Positions 8,292 to 17,861 are shown, counted from the stretch's first letter. The stretch: 22,138 nucleotides of DNA from Candidatus Thorarchaeota archaeon (GCA_029858305.1 JAOUFI010000034.1:1-22138); one strand, 5' to 3'. Translations and numbers: made by a program. Notes: a model not told the origin generated them from the letters alone.

Positions 8292-10841
8292 TTGACAGAC
8301 AATACTCAAGAAGACCTTAATCGTGCATTAGCTCTCTGCAAGGATGGAGAATACGAAAGGTCTCTTGAAATTGCAAAAGCGTTGGTTGCGAGCAAAGGTC
8401 CAAAGGATCCTATGATGACATTGGATGCTTTAATTCTTGAAGCTGAAATTTCATGGCGAACCGGGAAACTAGATGAAGGCCTTAGCACCGTGGAAATGGC
8501 AGAGGATTTAATAAAAACAAAAGGATTGAAACACCTAGAGAAAGGTCTTCAGGAAAGAAGAGCAAAACTCTTCTCACAAGCTGGCGTAATTCATTGGTAT
8601 ATGGGTAACTTAGATAGGGCAATGGAATATCATGAAGATAGTTTGAGGATAAGTCAGAATCTTGGTGACAAGGTAGGAGTTTCTGTAGTCTTCAATAACC
8701 TTGGTCTGGTATTATGGACAAAAGGAGACCTCGATAGAGCATCTGAATACTACAAGAAAAGCATTGCAATCTATGAAGAATTGAATGATGAAAATGGCAT
8801 ATCGAGGGTCCTTAACAATCTTGCAAATATCAGTTCAACAAGAGGAGAGTTAGACCAAGCACTTAGCTATCATCTAAAAAGTCTTGAAATCAAGAAGAGA
8901 ATCGCAAGCAAGCAGGACATAGCTACATCATTAATTAATGTGGGAGTCATCCATAGGCTGAAGGGTAATCTTGAACAAGCTGCAGAATATTACAATAAAA
9001 GTCTGACAATTCAACAGAATCTTAGTATTGGACCTGAGTTCGCTCTCGCCCTAAATAATTTAGGTGAAATCCACAATTTAAAGGGAAATCTAGATTCTGC
9101 ACTAGAGTTCTATCAACGCAGTTTTCTTATTTACGAAGCCATGGGAGCTAAAGAGGGGATTGCACTTACCCTTCTCAATATAGGTGACATTCAGAGGAGA
9201 AAGGGCAATAATGAAAATGCGTTCGAATACTACCAACGTAGCTTAGCAATCTCTGAAGGTATGGGAAATACCCGATTAATTTCTGCAGTGTTGGGAGAAC
9301 TAGTGGCATTAGCTTTGGACAGTAATGATTCAAACCTTTCAAAAGAATACTTGACCAGACTTGAGCAGGTCGATGAAAAATCAGAAAGTGCTGTTATCAA
9401 CCAGCAATTCCGAATTTCAAATGCACTAATTCTTAAACACAGCCCGCGTACCCGTGATAGAGTTAAGGCCGAGGAGATTCTTGAGAGAATAGTTAGCGAA
9501 GAAGTCGCGGATCATACATTAACAATTGCTGCAATGATTCATCTATGTGACCTATTATTGCTTGAACTCAAAGCAACTAGGGCAGATGAAGTACTAAAGA
9601 AAGTCAATGATTTGACAAAACAGCTCATGTCTGTTGCCCAAGAACAAGCCTCGCATCCACTTGTTGTAGAATCATATTTACTACAATCAAAACTTGCTCT
9701 AATTGACTTTGAAGTCAGCAAAGCAAAACAACTATTGGTGAGGGCTAAAAATCTCGCTGATGAAAAGGGATTGTTTAGATTAAGCCATATTGTTGATAGA
9801 GAGATACAAACACTCCAAAATGAATTACAAAGATGGGAATCCATCCTTGAGGAAAATCCCTCAAAACAAGAGATGGTTAATCTAACTAACTTGGATGATT
9901 TGGTAAAGCGAATGGTTCTGAAGACAGTAGAAAGTCTTGGCATAGAATCGACCGCTGAGTTGAGAAAACCAAAGTATAAACTGATACACAAGGATATGCT
10001 CGTGGGGACTGACAAGTCAGAGAGGGGCTTTTTCAGAGTGGGAATAGCACAGATGGGGCTTTCCAAGAAAGGCGACATTTTGAATGAAATTTACGAAGAG
10101 AAAGTGGATGGTCTCATAGGACTTCGAGAGGAATCGATTGAACCGACTAGAGTGAAAGTAAGAAGTATGATAGAGAAGGCTCACTCTGACGGAATCAATG
10201 TTCTTCTCTTCCCGGAAATGACTATTGACCTTAGCTATGTTCAATTAATCCAAGATTTAGCAGAGCTCGCTAAGGAATTCAGAATGCTCATTATTCCAGG
10301 ATCATTCCATGATCAAGAGTCTAAACGCAACCTATGCAGAGTCTTTAGCCCAGAAGGGATTCTCTGGGAACAGGAAAAACACATCCCTGCCATCATCCAC
10401 ATCAATGGTAAGAGATTCATGGAAAGAATAGACACTGCAACAGATGCGAAGAAAGCTATCATTTGTAACACCGAATTTGGTAGGATTGCCATTGCTATAT
10501 GTCGCGATTTTCTTGATATGGACTTAAGAGTGGAATTGAAGAACTCCGACCCCCCTGTTGATCTAGTTATCAATCCTGCGTTCACTCCGGTGACTGAGGA
10601 TTTCAAAGCCGCACATTTTGACGCAAGAAGGTCCATCTACGCCTATTGCTTCTTTGCTAATGTGGCGGAATTTGGAGAGTCACTAATCTATACACCAGAA
10701 AAGGAACGTATTGAGAGAAACATCCCGAAGGGAGAAGAAGGTATCATTTACAAAGACGTTAATCTTTTCCAACTTCGTTCTGAACGTAAAAAATGGGAAG
10801 AGTTGCAGAAGCAAAGAGCTTTCATTCAGAGTACAAGATAG
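8292..10841 (+). CDS. TPR-repeat protein fused to a C-terminal carbon-nitrogen hydrolase (nitrilase-fold) domain
   Basis: About 6-7 40-aa TPR-like repeats (NNLGxI...G.LD.ALEYY..SL.I), a helical region, then RVGIAQ, LLFPE(642), QEK(696)HIP, IAIC(737)RDF, LVINPAF and FFANVA...GES. Confidence 0.9.
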   Translation: MTDNTQEDLNRALALCKDGEYERSLEIAKALVASKGPKDPMMTLDALILEAEISWRTGKLDEGLSTVEMAEDLIKTKGLKHLEKGLQERRAKLFSQAGVIHWYMGNLDRAMEYHEDSLRISQNLGDKVGVSVVFNNLGLVLWTKGDLDRASEYYKKSIAIYEELNDENGISRVLNNLANISSTRGELDQALSYHLKSLEIKKRIASKQDIATSLINVGVIHRLKGNLEQAAEYYNKSLTIQQNLSIGPEFALALNNLGEIHNLKGNLDSALEFYQRSFLIYEAMGAKEGIALTLLNIGDIQRRKGNNENAFEYYQRSLAISEGMGNTRLISAVLGELVALALDSNDSNLSKEYLTRLEQVDEKSESAVINQQFRISNALILKHSPRTRDRVKAEEILERIVSEEVADHTLTIAAMIHLCDLLLLELKATRADEVLKKVNDLTKQLMSVAQEQASHPLVVESYLLQSKLALIDFEVSKAKQLLVRAKNLADEKGLFRLSHIVDREIQTLQNELQRWESILEENPSKQEMVNLTNLDDLVKRMVLKTVESLGIESTAELRKPKYKLIHKDMLVGTDKSERGFFRVGIAQMGLSKKGDILNEIYEEKVDGLIGLREESIEPTRVKVRSMIEKAHSDGINVLLFPEMTIDLSYVQLIQDLAELAKEFRMLIIPGSFHDQESKRNLCRVFSPEGILWEQEKHIPAIIHINGKRFMERIDTATDAKKAIICNTEFGRIAIAICRDFLDMDLRVELKNSDPPVDLVINPAFTPVTEDFKAAHFDARRSIYAYCFFANVAEFGESLIYTPEKERIERNIPKGEEGIIYKDVNLFQLRSERKKWEELQKQRAFIQSTR

Positions 10842-10845
10842 AGGA

Positions 10846-11301
10846 TTATATTTCTTTCATCAGTGAGGGAGACGAAGTACAGAGAGTTGTGAATTCAACT
10901 GATTGCTTCATATCAGATGGTATCTTGTCCCGTGTGACAATTAGAAATCCCTTTCTTTTGAAATATTCCTCAGCTGTATCAGTAAGAAGATAGAGTCGAG
11001 TGATTCCTTTCTTTTTTGCTAATTTTGTAATTTGGTCAACCAGCTGTGAACCTAATCCGGCTCTCTGAAAATCTGGGTGAACGGCAAGAGACCGAAACAA
11101 AGCTGAGTTTCCGTAGATCTCCAGACCAACAGAGCCTACAAGGAATCCCGAACTGATATCAGCTTCCGGATTTCTGATGACAAGGAAGTTCATCAAATGT
11201 GCTTCTATACCATCAGGAGGAAGGTTTGTTTCTTTCAATAGATCTACAAGCGCAGAATAGTCCGAATTCTTCGCTTTTTCAATCCTAAGATTTCTTGTCA
11301 T
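10846..11301 (-). CDS. GNAT N-acetyltransferase, ArsN2/ArgA-like
   Basis: LP.DG, GSVGLEIYGNSALFRSLAVHPDFQRAGLGSQL, LYLLTDTAEEYF..KGF and C-terminal SVEFTTLCTSS..M match the ArsN2-type family pattern. Confidence 0.82.
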   Translation of the reverse strand: MTRNLRIEKAKNSDYSALVDLLKETNLPPDGIEAHLMNFLVIRNPEADISSGFLVGSVGLEIYGNSALFRSLAVHPDFQRAGLGSQLVDQITKLAKKKGITRLYLLTDTAEEYFKRKGFLIVTRDKIPSDMKQSVEFTTLCTSSPSLMKEI

Positions 11302-11415
11302 AATTCAGATTGGTGAAGTCTTGGGCTTTATCAATCTTGGTATGTGTGAGGACAATCAGATTTGACCAAAACTTTTCTAATAGAATTCAATTATCATTTA
11401 GTGAAGTGAGGATTC

Positions 11416-12213
11416 ATGATAGATATTAGACCGATGAAACTGGAGGATTGGGAAGAGCTTCATATGATTGATGTTGAAATCTTCCCAGATGATCCTCTCG
11501 AGGAAGAGTCATTCCGAAAATGGTTAGGACGAGATGGGTGTTTTGTACTCCTTCACGATGATCAGATTGCTGGACATCTGATTGTTGCTCGATTCGGTCA
11601 AGACGAGGGACATCTTGGAAGGATTGGCGTAGCAAAGGCTCATCAAAAGAGAGGTTTTGGCTCAGTACTTATGGAGTATTCCATTAATTGGTTTCAAAAG
11701 CAAGGCGGAATTAGGCAAGTCCATCTCTACACTCAGGATTTCAATTTATCAGCTCAGTCATTGTACAAGAAGTATGGATTCGAAAAGACAGGCACAACTT
11801 GGCATTTCTTCGTTCCCTACAATTCTGTTAGTCTCAGGCACGAATACTCCTGTCAAACGATTCAGGATGATGAGATTGAGTTTGTGGGAGAGAAATTCCC
11901 AGAATTGCCAGCAAAACAAATTCGTAGATACCTTTCAGACGAAGAGTACATTGTCTTGACACTCAAGGACCATAATGGCAACATCGAAGGTGCCTGTCGA
12001 TTCACTCCATCTTTTCCAGGCTGCTTTCCGTTCAAAATCACCCATACTGACTGCTTTGACGATTTTATCAACGGCATGAGGGAGTTCAGTCTTCCAGAAT
12101 ATGATTATGTCCGAGCGACTTTCACGGATCTGCCTGAGCTCGCGAAACTCTGTGAATCAAGAAACTACAAGCTGCATCATAGGCTCTTCAAGATGTCACT
12201 TTCCCTTGAATGA
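11416..12213 (+). CDS. GNAT N-acetyltransferase with an extra C-terminal domain
   Basis: Acetyl-CoA motif IGVAKAHQKRGFGSVLM and N.SAQSLYKKYGF. The roughly 130-aa C-terminal extension may be a degenerate second GNAT. RBS-like GTGAGG upstream. Confidence 0.85.
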   Translation: MIDIRPMKLEDWEELHMIDVEIFPDDPLEEESFRKWLGRDGCFVLLHDDQIAGHLIVARFGQDEGHLGRIGVAKAHQKRGFGSVLMEYSINWFQKQGGIRQVHLYTQDFNLSAQSLYKKYGFEKTGTTWHFFVPYNSVSLRHEYSCQTIQDDEIEFVGEKFPELPAKQIRRYLSDEEYIVLTLKDHNGNIEGACRFTPSFPGCFPFKITHTDCFDDFINGMREFSLPEYDYVRATFTDLPELAKLCESRNYKLHHRLFKMSLSLE

Positions 12214-12320
12214 TATTTGCCACGAAAATCAGCTACTAGAAAATTATAGATTATAGAGTTTCAAACCAAAATGCAAGTGTCGCTAGGATGAAGCCAGTTG
12301 GAGATAGAAACGAGGATAAC

Positions 12321-12360
12321 AAGAGGAGGGGTCTTTGATTGAGGCCCCTCTTCTTTTCTC
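12321..12360. terminator. Hairpin between convergent genes, possibly a bidirectional terminator
   Basis: AAGAGGAGGGGTC...GGCCCCTCTTCTT inverted repeat followed by TTCTC, immediately past the stop of the beta-helix gene. Confidence 0.6.
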
Positions 12361-12368
12361 TAATTGGT

Positions 12369-14708
12369 CTAAGTTCGGCTTTTCTTCAATATCACCAAAA
12401 GCACAACAACCACGACAACAGCTACCCCAGCCCCTATTATAAGTAGCAGCGTTGTCGGGAGTCCACCATCTATTTGAGCAGTTACTGTAATGGTGACATC
12501 TTGGTATGCAATGTGGCCAAAGATGTCAGATACTTCAATGCGAATTGTGTACTCACCAACTGGTAAATCAGTGATGCCAGTCAGTGCCCCATTAGAATCG
12601 ATAGCAAAATTGACTGTATCATTAACTGCCCATCCAGTTATACCCGAAGGATCCATAGCTGTATAATGTTCAGATACTCTATCACCAAGTACGATACTGA
12701 TGTGACTTGGGCCAACAAGAGATGGAGGTGTGAGGTCTTCTACATCTGCTGTAGTAGAATTGCCCATTGAGTGGCCGGAGATGTGGTAGACCACTAGTTC
12801 GACTGTATGTACTCCGTGTGCGAGTCCATCAGCTAGAAACTCTATGTCATTACCGTCCCATTCTTTTACACGAACACTGGAACCGTCAACAAACACTTCG
12901 TAATGCGAAGGATTCAAGGCATATGCCTCCCAGACAATCACATTATCTGTCTCAAGTATCTCGAATTCAATTGGTCCAGGTCGCTCAAGATCCAAGCTTC
13001 TAGATGGAAAGAGATCCTGTTTGTCAATACCAGTATCCGTGGTGATATTATAGTATCCAGTGTAGTTGTAATTATGCCACCAATTGCCTATACTCACATT
13101 ATCATGCCAGAGAATATACATTCCGTAGAAAGTATTTGTCTCATATGCATTCATTGTGTTCCAACCAATGTCATTACCATAAATTGAGCAGTTACCACTG
13201 GAATGTATGTAGATACCATAGTCGTTATCAAAGACTATGTTGTCAGTTATGTTCGAACCGATATTAACGATATAGAGTCCATAATCACAGAGATATACTA
13301 TATTCATGGAGTAACTGTTGTTATAGCATTCAAATGAACCAATACCAGTTTCACAATTGTAGATCTTATTCCCCACAAGTTCATTCCTGTCACCCTCGAA
13401 AATAATTCCATAATCCGAATGATTGTATATCTGATTACTCGTAATGTTGCAGTCATGATATCCCACAAAGTTAATGCCAGCATAATTATTATTATGGATG
13501 ATGTTATCTTCAATCGTTAGATATTGATAATCTGCTCCACCCATTCCATAAATTCCATTTCCGATATTATTGAAGATCTGATTATTGGAAATCTGAATTC
13601 GTTCAGAATAACTGATAGTAATCCCATTTAGCGTATTGTTCCAAATTATATTACCAGAGATTGTCCAATCTATATCATTGTCCAGATAGACTCCACCCAT
13701 AGCACTAGGTGTCTGTGGCCACCAAGCATTACCATGAACGTCGTTCTGTATGATTGTTCCATTAGTTGAATATTTCACATCAATACCGTTGTCTGAGTTG
13801 TCGTAGATCTCATTATCAAAGACATGCGACCAATAAGAAGAATCAATGTGAATGCCGTTCTCTTCGTTGTGGTAGATCTCATTTCCAACGATAGATGCAT
13901 GATCTGACTCTTCGATGTACACCCCAGCCCAAGACCCCGTGCCGAGAGCATTATCGTGGATTATATTTTCTTCAATTGTAGTATACGGTGATACAAATGC
14001 TGCAATGCCACTCATCCCGCAATGGGATATGTGATTGCCATTTATAGTGACATAATATGATTCCTCAACAAATATTCCTTCACCAGTTGCAGAATTAGTT
14101 ATCACATTATAGGAAATCAGTGAGTTATTACATTGGTTAAAATATATTCCATCATTTGTGTTATCGTAGATATCACATTCGGTAATTGTTGCACCAGTGC
14201 AGTTGAATAAAGCAATGAGATAGTTATCATGAATAGTGCAATTCTCAATGTACGGTGCTGAGGTGTCACGTAATTCCATTGAGTTCTGTTTGTTTTGAAT
14301 TACAGTGTCTACAATAGCCGCTTGAGTTACATTATCGATGTGTATTCCAGTACCACTACTACCTGAAATGCTAGAGATGTAGCAGTTCCGAATCTCAAAA
14401 GCTCGGACAGTATCACGAATCTCGATACATGTTCCATCTGAGGTGATATTGTACCCGTCAATGATGTATGGTGTATCAGGGGATCCATTGCCGTCCCACA
14501 ATAGAGCAGAAGCCCAATTGTCCATGTCAGTGTCATTGTAGGCCAAGATAGGAGCCTGTTCCACATAAGAGGGCACATTGACCTTTGTTGGGATTGGTGA
14601 AATTGCAGCCTTTTCTTCGTTATTAATGGCGGGATGTAGAATCCCTGCCAGAAATAAAGGGATTACAAGTAAAATTAGAAGTAGTAGCGCTTTCCTTGCG
14701 TGCTTCAT
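12369..14708 (-). CDS. Secreted, membrane-anchored right-handed parallel beta-helix (NosD/CASH-like) surface protein with Ig-like C-terminal domains
   Basis: N-terminal signal peptide, GNGSPDTPYII cap, many I.GN.IY.N...GI repeats, beta-rich domains (GEYTIRIEVSDIFGH), C-terminal TM plus KKSRT, and many N-x-S/T sequons. Confidence 0.88.
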   Translation of the reverse strand: MKHARKALLLLILLVIPLFLAGILHPAINNEEKAAISPIPTKVNVPSYVEQAPILAYNDTDMDNWASALLWDGNGSPDTPYIIDGYNITSDGTCIEIRDTVRAFEIRNCYISSISGSSGTGIHIDNVTQAAIVDTVIQNKQNSMELRDTSAPYIENCTIHDNYLIALFNCTGATITECDIYDNTNDGIYFNQCNNSLISYNVITNSATGEGIFVEESYYVTINGNHISHCGMSGIAAFVSPYTTIEENIIHDNALGTGSWAGVYIEESDHASIVGNEIYHNEENGIHIDSSYWSHVFDNEIYDNSDNGIDVKYSTNGTIIQNDVHGNAWWPQTPSAMGGVYLDNDIDWTISGNIIWNNTLNGITISYSERIQISNNQIFNNIGNGIYGMGGADYQYLTIEDNIIHNNNYAGINFVGYHDCNITSNQIYNHSDYGIIFEGDRNELVGNKIYNCETGIGSFECYNNSYSMNIVYLCDYGLYIVNIGSNITDNIVFDNDYGIYIHSSGNCSIYGNDIGWNTMNAYETNTFYGMYILWHDNVSIGNWWHNYNYTGYYNITTDTGIDKQDLFPSRSLDLERPGPIEFEILETDNVIVWEAYALNPSHYEVFVDGSSVRVKEWDGNDIEFLADGLAHGVHTVELVVYHISGHSMGNSTTADVEDLTPPSLVGPSHISIVLGDRVSEHYTAMDPSGITGWAVNDTVNFAIDSNGALTGITDLPVGEYTIRIEVSDIFGHIAYQDVTITVTAQIDGGLPTTLLLIIGAGVAVVVVVVLLVILKKSRT

Positions 14709-14830
14709 TCATTAATCTCCTAAATTCGCGAATAGCTAAGTCGATTTGGCGCATGTTTTAGGATATATCTATTCTGGAGAAAAGACTCATCTCAAAAATT
14801 CCGATTTACAATACCTTCAATTTCTGGCTT

Positions 14831-14897
14831 ATGCACAGAATCACGCGTTTTATAAATTTGGTGCACTCTCAACATCTTTTGTTACATACGTGGAGGA
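14831..14897 (+). promoter_or_regulatory. Putative promoter (TTTTATAAA at 14848-14856) and RBS (GGAGG) of the C25 peptidase
   Basis: TATA consensus 56 nt before the ATG, flanked by inverted TGCAC/GTGCA. GGAGGAG lies just before the start. Confidence 0.55.
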
Positions 14898-14903
14898 GCT
14901 ACA

Positions 14904-17765
14904 ATGAAGAAGGTCAATCTGAGCAAGAGTGGAAGTATACAGAGACTGACTGCAATTGCAGTTTCCGCGATAATCATCATCTCATCATTTCTAATGTTTG
15001 ACGGTGCACCAATCATACCTGGTAATTCAATCTTCGATTCCACTACTCCAAGAAACATCAGATCCGATCATCCAACAGTACTTCGAGGAGATGCGATTCC
15101 CAGCTCAAATGGAGGAAACTGGATAGATCTGGGTATACCTTCAGTAGTAGGAACTCCAGCAGAAATCTTTGTTTCTGTTTCAAATGAAACTGGGATTACT
15201 GTCATTTCCAACATCTACGGATTTTGGTATGGTAATATTACCTATAATAACTCAAAATTCAACACAATTGATCTTCCTGCAGCTTCACCTAGAACTATTG
15301 TGGGACAGCCACAAATTCCTCGTTTGACATTCACAGTGGAAGTACCAAGTGATGTCGATATTACAATCAATATTCTAAGTGCATCGTCGGTAACTCTTGG
15401 AGGATACAACATTACTCCAACGCAGATCCCTTCAGTTGGTCTAAATGACAGAGTGATGCCCCTGTTTTCAATCAATGCAACTACGTACTCTTCAGATTTG
15501 TTTTATCCAAACTATAACTTCACCCTTAATGGTCAAAGTTCACTATCTCCGATAGTTCTTCGTGGTAGAAGATTGTTACAAGTCTCTACATTTCCAATTC
15601 AAGCCAGCCCGGGTTCAGGGCAACTGAAAGCATATACTCAATTCGAAATTCGAATCAATTATGACCACGTTGCACAAATAGAACCTGTAGATGTTTCGTT
15701 GGTATCAAATGCATTTGAGAGTCTATACCAAAGGATTCTGTTGAATTACCGACCATGGGTAGCTCCTACTGCAATAACCACAACACCATCAATAACAATA
15801 CCTCCAACAACTTCAGAGATCACAAATACCTATTCCAGCCCTGGTGCTCTTTCCGTTGAGAATTTCATCCCAGCTGAGGAATCAAATTCTGGAGAGCCAC
15901 ATTATCTTATCATTTATTATGATGAGTTTTTAGAACACGTACAAAGACTTGCAGACTGGAAAACTCAGAAGGGGATATTCACACACTTGGTACCTACTTC
16001 AGATATATTTGTCGGAGTAGATTCTGTAACTGGAGAATACTTTGAGTATACTGACGAAAATGGCCTAGCAACTCATGAAAGCAGAATTGCCGATCTGAAA
16101 ACCTACATTGATGATACTGTTCTTCGTATGACTCCAGTTCCAACGTATATTCTCCTCTTTGGAGATGCCAGTCACATTCCATGTGACTATAGTTCTGTGG
16201 AACATACCGCTGGACGAGTAGATCCATCTGCTGGAATGGGCTATCATGGAACTGAGGCTCATGCGAGGATAGCTACAGACGTCACCTATTTCTGTGTTCA
16301 AGGTGATGACTTCCTTCCGGAGTTCTACCATGGAAGAATTTCTGTCGAAAGCAATGTTCAAGCAGGATACATTGTAGACAAGATAATCGCATATGAGCAA
16401 CAGCTTAATGACCATGATACATTCTATAATGATATATTGGTATCCTCATTTTTCGATGATTGGAGAGAACCAAATCCTAATCCGGTAGATGTGAATCAAG
16501 ATGGTGAACCAGACGATCCATGGATATATGGATCTGATGGAATTAGTGATGAGCCGTATATTTCTACAACAGAGGAAATCTATAACGCCTTTATTGATAA
16601 TGGCTATGGGTACTCAATACATAAGAATTACGCCAGATACTCAGAAGCGGATTTTCCACTAACACTCTATAACGGAGATTCTGTCAGCACGATTGAATGG
16701 GGAACTAGTCCGACTTGGAATCCTCCCTCACTTGGCGCAACCACTGATGACATTAGAAACAATATTCTTGCTGGAAGATTTTTGATGTATCATATAGATC
16801 ACGGAGTGTCAGGCAACTATTTCAATTACCTCAATGAGCAAGATAATTCTGATAATCTTCCGCGGAGAGAATATGAGGGATGGGATTTCCCAGCTTTTAT
16901 GACAACAGATTTTGGTGGTCTTGAGTGCTTGCCGACAGATCCAGATTATGAAAGTAATCTTGGAAAATACCCGTTGATCCTGAGTATGGATTGCAATACT
17001 GGCTGGTTTGATGGTGAAACCGATGGATTTATCGATGAAACTCTTGCATTTCAGACATACTACATCTATGATTGCTTTGCTGAAGAAATCCTCAGAATTC
17101 AAAACGGGGGAGCTGTAGCAGTGATAGCTCCAACTCGAATCAGTTACAACTTGAGAGCTTCGGGTTTAATGAAAGGAATTACGAATGCCTTTTGGCCAGA
17201 TTTAGAACTTGTAAATGTCGCATATCCGGAAGATACCGAACCACCAATAAACAATCTTGGTATAGCTCTCTACTTAGGAAAATACTATATTGAGAACTCC
17301 ATTGTAGATGAAACAGTAGACGAAGATGATATTGTCTACGAAAAAGGAGATATTACCAATCTAATTTATCAATTATTTGGAGATCCTGAAACGTCACTCT
17401 GGACAGAACAACCAACTACTCTTCAGGGAGATCACTCACCTGTTGTATGTATTGGTTCTCAAGACTATAGCATCAGAGTATATGACGAATATGGTCCTGT
17501 TGAAGGAGCTAAGGTATGTCTATACAGGCACCCCGATATCTACGAGATAGAATACACCAACTCAACAGGCTATGCTGTATTACATATCGGAAATTCTGAT
17601 GTAGGTAGAGTACAAATCACCATCACCAAACTGAATTCGAAACCATATATTTCGTCATTTACCTTAGAGTGGATCCTTTGTCCTCCAGTTATCACTTTCA
17701 TAGGTGCAGGGATTCTCATTGTTGGTGTAGTGATTGTTTTGATTATGATGAAAAGGAAGAGGTAA
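14904..17765 (+). CDS. C25 family (gingipain-like) cysteine peptidase with propeptide and C-terminal membrane anchor
   Basis: Signal/TM, C25 propeptide (GQPQIP...VEVP, YP, LRGRR), catalytic-domain motifs YLII, LADWKTQKG, YILLFGD, TD.TY..GDD..PE..GRI, HIDH(633)G, MDC(697)NTG, GGAVAVIA and LFGDP, then an Ig-like domain and TM plus KRKR. Confidence 0.92.
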   Translation: MKKVNLSKSGSIQRLTAIAVSAIIIISSFLMFDGAPIIPGNSIFDSTTPRNIRSDHPTVLRGDAIPSSNGGNWIDLGIPSVVGTPAEIFVSVSNETGITVISNIYGFWYGNITYNNSKFNTIDLPAASPRTIVGQPQIPRLTFTVEVPSDVDITINILSASSVTLGGYNITPTQIPSVGLNDRVMPLFSINATTYSSDLFYPNYNFTLNGQSSLSPIVLRGRRLLQVSTFPIQASPGSGQLKAYTQFEIRINYDHVAQIEPVDVSLVSNAFESLYQRILLNYRPWVAPTAITTTPSITIPPTTSEITNTYSSPGALSVENFIPAEESNSGEPHYLIIYYDEFLEHVQRLADWKTQKGIFTHLVPTSDIFVGVDSVTGEYFEYTDENGLATHESRIADLKTYIDDTVLRMTPVPTYILLFGDASHIPCDYSSVEHTAGRVDPSAGMGYHGTEAHARIATDVTYFCVQGDDFLPEFYHGRISVESNVQAGYIVDKIIAYEQQLNDHDTFYNDILVSSFFDDWREPNPNPVDVNQDGEPDDPWIYGSDGISDEPYISTTEEIYNAFIDNGYGYSIHKNYARYSEADFPLTLYNGDSVSTIEWGTSPTWNPPSLGATTDDIRNNILAGRFLMYHIDHGVSGNYFNYLNEQDNSDNLPRREYEGWDFPAFMTTDFGGLECLPTDPDYESNLGKYPLILSMDCNTGWFDGETDGFIDETLAFQTYYIYDCFAEEILRIQNGGAVAVIAPTRISYNLRASGLMKGITNAFWPDLELVNVAYPEDTEPPINNLGIALYLGKYYIENSIVDETVDEDDIVYEKGDITNLIYQLFGDPETSLWTEQPTTLQGDHSPVVCIGSQDYSIRVYDEYGPVEGAKVCLYRHPDIYEIEYTNSTGYAVLHIGNSDVGRVQITITKLNSKPYISSFTLEWILCPPVITFIGAGILIVGVVIVLIMMKRKR

Positions 17766-17788
17766 AATTAATCCTTGATAATGAGCTA

Positions 17789-17854
17789 ATGCACTAAATA
17801 AGTAGCCTTTTATAAAAGTTGATTGACCACTATCTAAATTTGCACTTATGGAGG
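17789..17854 (+). promoter_or_regulatory. Putative promoter (TTTTATAAA at 17808-17816) and RBS (GGAGG) of the 159-aa gene
   Basis: TATA consensus 54 nt before ATG 17862, with GGAGG 7 nt upstream of the start. Confidence 0.55.
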
Positions 17855-17861
17855 CAGAAAG

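Noticed and set aside
9539-10636. Antisense ORFs inside the TPR-nitrilase gene, and similar ones inside the C25, beta-helix and regulator genes
   Set aside because: Ser/Leu/Phe-rich antisense shadows with no motifs or expression signals.
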